From contig JBHPIO010000011.1 of NCBI GenBank assembly GCA_042568575.1, forward strand, positions 1-32,000: a DNA stretch of 32,000 nucleotides. The letters are read 5' to 3'. Source of the stretch: Patescibacteria group bacterium. GTDB taxonomy: Bacteria; Patescibacteriota; Gracilibacteria; UBA1369; PNNO01. The translations under genes were made by a program, and so were the position numbers. Below the pieces are notes generated by a model, which was not told the origin of the DNA, made no database searches, and saw nothing but the letters and a program-made list of their open reading frames with translations. Below are positions 15,060-21,887 of this stretch, in pieces; positions within the stretch are counted from its first letter, which is position 1; each line of letters starts with the position of its first letter.

Positions 15060-15404
15060 AATATCATTAGTATTTCCTTCCGGCGGCACCCCGATTATTT
15101 TCACCTCGTTAATCATTCTTAGTTTTTTGTACAGTTTAAGTTGCCATCCAAGATCAAAGTCATGCATGGAATATGGCTTTTCTGTAACGAAATCCTCGAC
15201 TTTTGTAAAAACGTGAGGCTTTTTTAAACCCTCAACTGTATCTATTAGAACTAGTTCATCGGTGTCTTCTGGAAGGTTTTCGGTTGGATCAAATTCCCTA
15301 AAATCGATTTCCGGAAAAGCTTCACGCAATTGCGATGCAAGTTTGAGTGGCATTGAATCTTCTTCAACAAGTAGATTCCCAACTAGATATATTATTTGAG
15401 ACAT
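15024..15404 (-). CDS. Hydrogenase maturation endopeptidase (HycI/HoxW/FrhD family)
   Basis: 126 aa. The N-terminal IYLVGNLLVEEDSMPLKLA matches the GNxLxxDD pattern, followed by LVLIDTV and SMHDFDL (catalytic-site His). Size and context fit next to a large subunit with a C-terminal extension. Confidence 0.65.
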   Translation of the reverse strand: MSQIIYLVGNLLVEEDSMPLKLASQLREAFPEIDFREFDPTENLPEDTDELVLIDTVEGLKKPHVFTKVEDFVTEKPYSMHDFDLGWQLKLYKKLRMINEVKIIGVPPEGNTNDILSQISVFIKTV

Positions 15405-15438
15405 TTTATGAAATTTTTATATTCCTCCCGGGAGGACA

Positions 15439-15467
15439 TTGACATATTTACTATATTTATTTAATAT
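15439..15467 (+). promoter_or_regulatory. Near-consensus sigma70 promoter of the small Cys-rich ORF
   Basis: TTGACA (15439-15444), exactly 17 nt, TAATAT (15462-15467). The TTG start of track ORF 15439..15723 is this -35 hexamer. Confidence 0.5.
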
Positions 15468-15492
15468 CGATTCTCGTACTAACACAACTATT

Positions 15493-15723
15493 ATGACTAA
15501 AGAAGTATCAACTTGTCCACAACTTATTACAACAGAACCATTTCAACTACATCCAAAACCTACTATAAAAGCAGATGGTGAGATAGTAAGTGTAAGTAAA
15601 CTACAAACTCCAGAGTGTAGAGCCATGTCCCATTGTAGCGATACAATTAGAATAGATTTTAATCATGCAGTAAAAGTTTGCATGAGTGATGATCATGTAA
15701 ATTGTCCTCAATTCAGAGGCTAG
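15493..15723 (+). CDS. Small Cys-rich hypothetical protein (76 aa)
   Basis: It uses the first ATG after the promoter. Five Cys are present (C8, C42, C48, C63, C71). No family recognised and no obvious SD. Its stop TAG shares the tetranucleotide CTAG with the stop of the convergent ATPase gene. Confidence 0.35.
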   Translation: MTKEVSTCPQLITTEPFQLHPKPTIKADGEIVSVSKLQTPECRAMSHCSDTIRIDFNHAVKVCMSDDHVNCPQFRG

Positions 15724-17990
15724 ATCATCGGTTCCTCGAAATCTTCCGGCTGATCACCAGGCGCCAATTCAATTTCACCTGACTCATCCCACTTGGAAAG
15801 CATGTCTTCAACTTTAGCTACTGGAGTTGAGTATTTCTTTCGAGACTGTTCTACAATTTCTTTAGTGTAATCGTCTTTTGGCTTAACCACATCGAGAGTT
15901 CGGCCTGAGAACGGCCTTCGTACTTCTCCTTTTATGGACATCTTTGTGTAGAAATTTCGAACCGCAAGATTGATAATATCACGAACTTTAAATACCGGAG
16001 TGTACTCATTTTCCAAAACTACGGCATCGTCAGCACCTACACGGAATGTGATCATTGAGCCAACATTACCAAATACAGTCTTTACCATCTGATCAGTTAA
16101 TTGCCCCACAAACTGATGGGCAATCGTTAAATTTAATCTATATTTACGTGCCTCAGATAAAATTTCTTCAAAAGTATCTGTAGCAAAGTTCTGGAACTCA
16201 TCCACATAGAAGTAGAAATCAGTTCGATCCTCTTCTCGCATATCAGCACGACTCATTGCTGCCTGATACATTTTCGTAATAATCATAGCTCCGATCAAAT
16301 TCGAGTTTTCTTCTCCAAGTAGACCTTTAGACACCTTCATCAATAGGATCTTCTTTTTATCCATTACTTCTCGAATGTTGAATTTGTTAGTTGGTTGACC
16401 AATAATATTTCTAATCATGTTCGTTGCAACAAACTGACCAACTTTATTCAAAAGAGGTGTAATTGCCTCAGCATCAAATTTTTCACTCCATCCAGCAAAC
16501 TCGTTCACCCAGAAGTTTTTAACGACCGAATCTTTAATTCTGGCTGTGATCGTTTGTCTGTAATTCTTGTCCGAAAGCATCTTTAAGATACTCAAAACAG
16601 TTGTGTTTGGTGAGTCAAGAAGCGCCAGAGTTGTGTATCTTAAAACGTGTTCGAGCCTGTCACTCCAGTTTGAACCGAATAGCTTTTTAAAGATATTAAT
16701 AAACCCGACAGTCATCTGCATCTTGTATGCTTCATCAACCTTCTCCAGTGGATTAAACGCAATCGGGAAGTTTGTATCTCCAGGATCAAAATAAACTACA
16801 TCATTAATACGATCTTCTGGGATCATCTGCATAATATTATCAACAAGATCTCCATGAGGATCCAAAACCGCTACACCTTCACCATTTTTAATATCTTCAC
16901 TAATAAAAAGTTCAAGTAGTTTACTTTTCCCTGTACCACTCTTACCTACTGTATAAAGATGTCTTCTTCTGTCTTCACGTTTTATTCCAAAATCATCAAA
17001 CGAATTATGATAATTTGTTTTACCAAAGAAACTCACATCTTTGCCTCGAGTTTTTGGAAGATCCTGAGGCGGTTCCGCCTTTTTAGATAAGACATGGACG
17101 ATATGCGGCACATGGTCAGAATTTGGAAAATGATATAAAGTCGCCAGTTCCTTTGCGCTTAAGATCTGATCTTCATCCATATTTCTCTTTCGGAATGACT
17201 CCAAAAAGGATTTTGCACGAATTGGTCTGCCTGCGACAAACTCATTGAAGTCAATTTTATTATACTGATAAAACGCCTTCGAAATGGCTTCCAAACGAGC
17301 ATTGGCAAGTTGTTGATCTTTAGCAAAACATGCCAGTCGTACCTGGAACTTGAATGGATGAGTTGCCGTTTTTTCAATAAATGCCTTCTTCTCTTCTTCA
17401 AAGAATTCCTTTCTTCCCTTTAGCCTTGTGTAGTTTTTAAGGCGGAATACCCTTTTGATTCCGTTAAAGAACATGCGAAATCTCCGTTGTAAATGATAAA
17501 GCCAGTTGTCATGTTTAGGTGAAACAAGAATTTGAACCCAAAGTTGTTCATCCTGTCCTATTTTTGAAATAACCGCAAAGGCTCCTGCCAAACTATCTAC
17601 TTCAAAATCTTCATAATCGAGAATTGGATAAATGTCGCTCCTTTTTAATTTAAGCTTTGCTCCAGCAAAAGGAAGTTTTTGAGTTATTGCAAAATTAGTA
17701 TAATCCTTGCTATCAATAATTTCGCAATCCGGAAAAGTACTATATAAAAGCCCTTCAACAAGCGCAAAAAGATCAGCCGGCGCTACAATATAGAAATAAG
17801 AATATTGCCTATATCCAAATACTTCAAGACTAATTGTGCGACCTTTAATGGATTTATAAAGGTTATTCAGAAACTGAAGAAATTTTACTTCCTTTTTAGG
17901 ATCAGCTTCTGTTCCTTGAGGGACTACTACATGTAAATATTTTAGATCCATGTGAGGCTTTAAAAAATGTACCGTTGCATCGTGACACAT
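15720..17990 (-). CDS. VirD4/TraD-like (TraG_D_C / DUF87-type) P-loop ATPase with a large non-membrane N-terminal domain
   Basis: 756 aa. Walker A is YTVGKSGTGKSKLL, followed by AVLDPHGDL, Walker B FYFYVDEFQNF and ARKYRLNLTIAHQFVGQL, typical of type IV coupling-protein-like ATPases. No N-terminal TM helices. The start could be the ATG at 17951 (MDLKYL...). Confidence 0.65.
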   Translation of the reverse strand: MCHDATVHFLKPHMDLKYLHVVVPQGTEADPKKEVKFLQFLNNLYKSIKGRTISLEVFGYRQYSYFYIVAPADLFALVEGLLYSTFPDCEIIDSKDYTNFAITQKLPFAGAKLKLKRSDIYPILDYEDFEVDSLAGAFAVISKIGQDEQLWVQILVSPKHDNWLYHLQRRFRMFFNGIKRVFRLKNYTRLKGRKEFFEEEKKAFIEKTATHPFKFQVRLACFAKDQQLANARLEAISKAFYQYNKIDFNEFVAGRPIRAKSFLESFRKRNMDEDQILSAKELATLYHFPNSDHVPHIVHVLSKKAEPPQDLPKTRGKDVSFFGKTNYHNSFDDFGIKREDRRRHLYTVGKSGTGKSKLLELFISEDIKNGEGVAVLDPHGDLVDNIMQMIPEDRINDVVYFDPGDTNFPIAFNPLEKVDEAYKMQMTVGFINIFKKLFGSNWSDRLEHVLRYTTLALLDSPNTTVLSILKMLSDKNYRQTITARIKDSVVKNFWVNEFAGWSEKFDAEAITPLLNKVGQFVATNMIRNIIGQPTNKFNIREVMDKKKILLMKVSKGLLGEENSNLIGAMIITKMYQAAMSRADMREEDRTDFYFYVDEFQNFATDTFEEILSEARKYRLNLTIAHQFVGQLTDQMVKTVFGNVGSMITFRVGADDAVVLENEYTPVFKVRDIINLAVRNFYTKMSIKGEVRRPFSGRTLDVVKPKDDYTKEIVEQSRKKYSTPVAKVEDMLSKWDESGEIELAPGDQPEDFEEPMI

Positions 17991-18097
17991 TTTATTTTAT
18001 AATATTTTTTTGCACAATTTGCAAGCTCAAATTTATTTATTTACAAAATAACACACAAATGCTAAATTTACACCGCAAATAACATATAATTCAATAT

Positions 18098-18430
18098 ATG
18101 AGTACAACTGACGACAACCCCACGTCAGACGACAAGCCTCCCCCTAATTTAGGAATCTCTAGAGATGTGAAAAGAGTAATTCGAAAACTCTCAGATAGTT
18201 ACGAGCTGCGTGACTATGCTTTTCATATTGCGGCATATCATGCACAACATCTAACTGATGAGGCAGCAGGGTTTCGAAATCGCCTTTTGCTACAGGGACT
18301 GGATGAAGAGGACCTCTTTACTATTCATGAGTTTCTGAACATAAAGTTTGATGGCGAACTTATGAAAATGTATGACAAAAATCTCACAGAACAAAGAGCT
18401 GAGATGCTTGGATCATTTATTACTAAGTAG
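18098..18430 (+). CDS. Hypothetical protein (110 aa)
   Basis: Clean ORF in an otherwise empty interval. No motif recognised. Confidence 0.4.
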   Translation: MSTTDDNPTSDDKPPPNLGISRDVKRVIRKLSDSYELRDYAFHIAAYHAQHLTDEAAGFRNRLLLQGLDEEDLFTIHEFLNIKFDGELMKMYDKNLTEQRAEMLGSFITK

Positions 18431-18432
18431 GC

Positions 18433-18816
18433 TTATTTTTTACCGCATTTACCGCATTTACCGAATGCGTTTATATATGCATCTTCGATATTGAAGTCTT
18501 TTACCCAGCTTAAACAGGAAACACATTTAAAGCTGGCTGGCTTGAAAACATTCTGTATATCACCACATTGGCTGCAAATAAGATGATGATGCGGTCTTTC
18601 TTCTGCTTCATATACAGCTCTTTCTGAAGAAATAACAACTTTTCTTATTTTCCCAGAATGTTCAAGAACCCCAAGATTTCTATAAACTGTTCCAAAACTA
18701 ATCTTTGGAGCTTTCTTCTTTACGATTTTATATATCTCATCAGCAGTAAGGTGAGAATCTGCCTTCTTAAGCTCTTCAAATATAAGCTCCCTCTGATGAG
18801 AATATCGTTGCTGCAT
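18433..18816 (-). CDS. fur: Fur-family metalloregulator (Fur/Zur/PerR/Nur type)
   Basis: The winged-helix part is HLTADEIYKIVKKKAPKISFGTVYRNLGVLEHSGKIRKV, followed by HHHLICSQCGDI and the C-terminal CGKCGK CxxC pairs. The start is set to the ATG at 18816; the track uses the TTG one codon upstream. Confidence 0.8.
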   Translation of the reverse strand: MQQRYSHQRELIFEELKKADSHLTADEIYKIVKKKAPKISFGTVYRNLGVLEHSGKIRKVVISSERAVYEAEERPHHHLICSQCGDIQNVFKPASFKCVSCLSWVKDFNIEDAYINAFGKCGKCGKK

Positions 18817-18917
18817 CAATAATGATTAATGGTCGTTCCCATTGTAAGGCTAAACACTTGCTTTTTCAATAAAACAAATTATGATTAGACATGAAACATA
18901 TTATAACAATCTAGCTT

Positions 18918-19142
18918 ATGAAAGGCGCTCATGTTGACCCAGTAACTTGTATAGGATGCGGACTTTGCGTTCAACTTTGTCCAGCAGTTTTTGCAATGCA
19001 GGATGATGGGAAATCAAAAGCAGTAAATCCTACAGGAGATGGAAACGACGATTCTCAGCAATGCATTCAGGGATCTATAGACGCATGCCCTGTTACCGCT
19101 ATTAGCTGGACTGAAGAAGAACAAGAAGAAGCTGCTGCATAA
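18918..19142 (+). CDS. Small single-cluster [4Fe-4S]/[3Fe-4S] ferredoxin
   Basis: 74 aa. CIGCGLCVQLCP plus the distal ...DACP gives a Pyrococcus/Thermotoga-type monocluster ferredoxin pattern, with an acidic tail. Confidence 0.75.
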   Translation: MKGAHVDPVTCIGCGLCVQLCPAVFAMQDDGKSKAVNPTGDGNDDSQQCIQGSIDACPVTAISWTEEEQEEAAA

Positions 19143-19157
19143 CATTAACTGCAAATT

Positions 19158-20051
19158 ATGCCCGAAGAAAGCCAACTCACATGGTATGTTGTCCCTTCAA
19201 TAATTGCGATATCTATCTTTATTGCAGCTATTTTCATCGAATTTGTGGCACGAAAACATGCGGCTATTAAAAAACTCGAGGAAGTTTTAAAAAGTGGCTC
19301 TTTTCTTTCACCAACAATATTATCGATTACAATTGGAGTTCTATTGATTGTTAGCGGAGCTTATCATTTCTTGTTTGCACCCGGACTCGCTCTTGGAGAA
19401 TCAGCTTTTCACGTGATTCTGAGATATGCGGAAATAATTATTGGGATAGGACTGGTTATTGGAATCTTTAGAAGGTTAATGACTGCAGGCATGATTGCAC
19501 TTTTCATTGCTGCATTTTTTGCTTTCCCCTACTTAAAAGTCCTTGATTATTCTATTTACGCAGGCGTTGCTGCTTATCTGTTTCTGGTTCATAGGGATGC
19601 GCTTAGTTTCAGCTTTTTCTTTCACCCAATTGGAAAGAAGGAAATGCTAGATACTCAACGGAAATACGCATTTCCTATTTTAAGATTCATTGCAGGGCTT
19701 AGTCTTGCTTATGCGGCCTTCCATCACAATATTTTGCTCCCAGAAGGTGCGGTAGCATTTGTTGAGCAAAAGCCTTTATTGAATATAATGCAAAGCATTA
19801 TCGGAATGGAGACTTTCAGTCATGGTCTTTTCGTATTCCAAGCAGGTGTGTTTGGAATGATGTTTGGACTTCTTTTAACCTTTGGTCTGCTAGAAAGAAT
19901 CACTTCAACGATTATTATTATTGGCCTGCTTCTTGGTATTGGATTTGTAGGAGTCACTTTCCTTCCAGTTGCAATTCCATATTTTGCAGTGGTTTACATC
20001 GTATTTACAGGCAATCAATTTGAAGATAGAGAGAAGGTTGCTAAAGGCTAA
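19158..20051 (+). CDS. Polytopic membrane protein, hypothetical
   Basis: 297 aa with about 8 hydrophobic segments. It starts 15 nt after the ferredoxin stop, so the two are probably co-transcribed. Confidence 0.5.
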   Translation: MPEESQLTWYVVPSIIAISIFIAAIFIEFVARKHAAIKKLEEVLKSGSFLSPTILSITIGVLLIVSGAYHFLFAPGLALGESAFHVILRYAEIIIGIGLVIGIFRRLMTAGMIALFIAAFFAFPYLKVLDYSIYAGVAAYLFLVHRDALSFSFFFHPIGKKEMLDTQRKYAFPILRFIAGLSLAYAAFHHNILLPEGAVAFVEQKPLLNIMQSIIGMETFSHGLFVFQAGVFGMMFGLLLTFGLLERITSTIIIIGLLLGIGFVGVTFLPVAIPYFAVVYIVFTGNQFEDREKVAKG

Positions 20052-20320
20052 AGATCATATAAGTCTTTTAGACGTGGTCCAGAAAGAGGGGTGCAGCCCT
20101 TTCGACCTATTTCCATCTTCTTTCTGCTAAGCCATCTTGTAAATAAGTTGCATAAATCTTCATCACCAACATAAAAACCGACGCCTTTTTGAGTTACAAA
20201 AGACTTCAAAAACATTTTAACAAGTGGACTAAGACCTATGCCAAACTGTGTTTTACATTTATTTTTAGCCATTTGGTAGAGTTCGGAATCCATACGAATT
20301 GTAAGTTGTTGTTGCTTCAT
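20048..20320 (-). CDS. Ribbon-helix-helix (RelB/DinJ-like) antitoxin-like protein, no adjacent toxin
   Basis: From the ATG at 20320: MKQQQLTIRMDSELYQMAKNKCKTQFGIGLSPLVKMFLKSFV. This gives the beta-strand, helix, helix pattern of DinJ/RelB. The track start at 20359 is a TTG. Confidence 0.45.
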   Translation of the reverse strand: MKQQQLTIRMDSELYQMAKNKCKTQFGIGLSPLVKMFLKSFVTQKGVGFYVGDEDLCNLFTRWLSRKKMEIGRKGCTPLSGPRLKDLYDL

Positions 20321-20414
20321 GGTAGTAGTTGTTAATGGGGCTATCAAAATGTACAGCAAAAAGATAGCAAAATCGATAGCGTTGTTTTGATGCGACTCCT
20401 CACTGCCAGATCGC

Positions 20415-20443
20415 TTGATCGTTGTGTATTTTTATTGTATAAT
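20415..20443 (+). promoter_or_regulatory. Candidate promoter of the RuBisCO gene
   Basis: TTGATC (20415-20420), 17 nt, TATAAT (20438-20443) immediately preceded by TG. It lies about 30 nt upstream of the start codon. Confidence 0.5.
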
Positions 20444-20472
20444 ATACTAATGTAAAACTAACAAAAACAAAT

Positions 20473-21777
20473 ATGAAATACCAAGACTCATTTCACTACA
20501 TAGATGAGAATTATACTCCGAAAGATTCGGATGTGATTTGCTTGTATCGTTTTGTTCCAAAACCAGGAACTAGTGTTGAAGAAGCTGCAGAGCAAATTGC
20601 TGCGGAATCTTCAATTGGTACATGGACAAAGATTTCAACAATGAACGAACACATTGCAAACACCCTTAAACCTCATATTTTTGCTTTAGACAAAGTGAAA
20701 GGATTAGTGAAAATTGCTTATCCAATTGGACTTTTTGAGATTGGAAATATGTCTGGGATCCTTTCTTCAATTTGCGGGAATATCCTGGGAATGAAAATTC
20801 TGGAAGAACTGAGAGTTTGTGACATCAAATTTCCAAAAGACGTTATCGAGAAATTTCCCGGGCCAGCTCTTGGAATCGAAGGAATCAGAAAAACCGTTAA
20901 CGTTTACGACCGTCCTTTTACAGGAACGATTGTGAAGCCAAAAGTTGGACTAACTAGCGAACAGCATGCGGAAGTCGGTTATCAAGCGTGGTCAGGTAAT
21001 GAAGGACAAGGTCTTGATATCGTTAAAGACGATGAGAATCTTACTTCTCAGACTTTCAATAGTTTTGATAAAAGAATGGAGCTTACACTAGCAATGAAGA
21101 AAAAAGTTGAAGAGGAAACAGGGCAAAAGAAATTTTATCTTGCAAACATCACTCACTCGAATTTTGATGAAATGATGCGAAGAAGTGATCTTGTTAAAAG
21201 TCTTGGAGGTCATGTATGTATGCTTGATGTTGTGACTCTTGGATTCGCAGCAGTTGAAAGTTACAGACGAAAAAACACTGGTCAAATTATTCATGCTCAT
21301 AGGGCAATGCATGGAGCTATTACAAGGGAACCTGGATTTACAGTTTCGATGCTTGTTCTTTCTAAGGTTTATAGAATGCTTGGAGTCGATCTACTTCATA
21401 CTGGAACTGCAGGCGCTGGAAAAATGGAAGGTGGAGCTCTTGAGACAATGACAATCGTTGATGCACTTGAGAAAGACTCTGTACCTGAAGATCCAAAAGC
21501 AGAATCTCTCGGACAAGAATGGTACGGAATGAAGCCAGTTTTGGCTGTTGCTTCAGGCGGATTACATCCAGGGAAAATCCCGTTAGTCGTTGAGAAAATG
21601 GGAATTGATATCGTTTGCCAAATGGGTGGAGGTTGTCATGGACATCCGGATGGAACTGCTGTTGGTGCTCAAGGAATTGTTCAAGCTACTGAAGCTGCTG
21701 TAAAAGGAATCCCAATTGAAGAATATGCTCAGGATAAGCCAGCTCTAAAGAAAGCACTAGAAAAATGGGGAGTGTAA
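20473..21777 (+). CDS. rbcL: RuBisCO large subunit, form III or II/III type
   Basis: 434 aa. GTIVKPKVGL, GLDIVKDDENL (carbamylated Lys motif), HAHRAMHGA and GGGCHGHPDG are present. There is no small-subunit gene. Size and motifs fit the archaeal/CPR nucleotide-salvage type. Confidence 0.88.
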   Translation: MKYQDSFHYIDENYTPKDSDVICLYRFVPKPGTSVEEAAEQIAAESSIGTWTKISTMNEHIANTLKPHIFALDKVKGLVKIAYPIGLFEIGNMSGILSSICGNILGMKILEELRVCDIKFPKDVIEKFPGPALGIEGIRKTVNVYDRPFTGTIVKPKVGLTSEQHAEVGYQAWSGNEGQGLDIVKDDENLTSQTFNSFDKRMELTLAMKKKVEEETGQKKFYLANITHSNFDEMMRRSDLVKSLGGHVCMLDVVTLGFAAVESYRRKNTGQIIHAHRAMHGAITREPGFTVSMLVLSKVYRMLGVDLLHTGTAGAGKMEGGALETMTIVDALEKDSVPEDPKAESLGQEWYGMKPVLAVASGGLHPGKIPLVVEKMGIDIVCQMGGGCHGHPDGTAVGAQGIVQATEAAVKGIPIEEYAQDKPALKKALEKWGV

Positions 21778-21861
21778 AGTCCTCATAGATAGATACGGCA
21801 ATGTCTAAGAAGCTTACGCAAGCCAAGTTAGTTGCAGAAGTTATTTAAGATTTTATAATGA

Positions 21862-21881
21862 AGGCCTTTATTTTAAGGCCT
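21862..21881 (+). terminator. Possible hairpin terminator after the RuBisCO gene
   Basis: AGGCCT (21862-21867), 8-nt loop, AGGCCT (21876-21881). The two are self-complementary and give a 6-bp GC-rich stem, followed by CATTTTAT. It lies inside the N-terminal extension of track ORF 21858, which supports the 21888 start for the next gene. Confidence 0.3.
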
Positions 21882-21887
21882 CATTTT

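Noticed and set aside
15424-15435. CCTCCCGGGAGG perfect palindrome as a terminator
   Set aside because: It has no loop and no T-tract, and it lies between two gene starts rather than after a gene. At most it is a protein-binding site.
18918-19142. The small ferredoxin as a fragment of an [FeFe] hydrogenase (HydA) that would explain hydE/hydG
   Set aside because: It is 74 aa with one cluster motif and an acidic tail. It has no H-cluster motifs (TSCCP, MPCxxK, ExMxCxxGCxxG) and is a complete stand-alone ORF.
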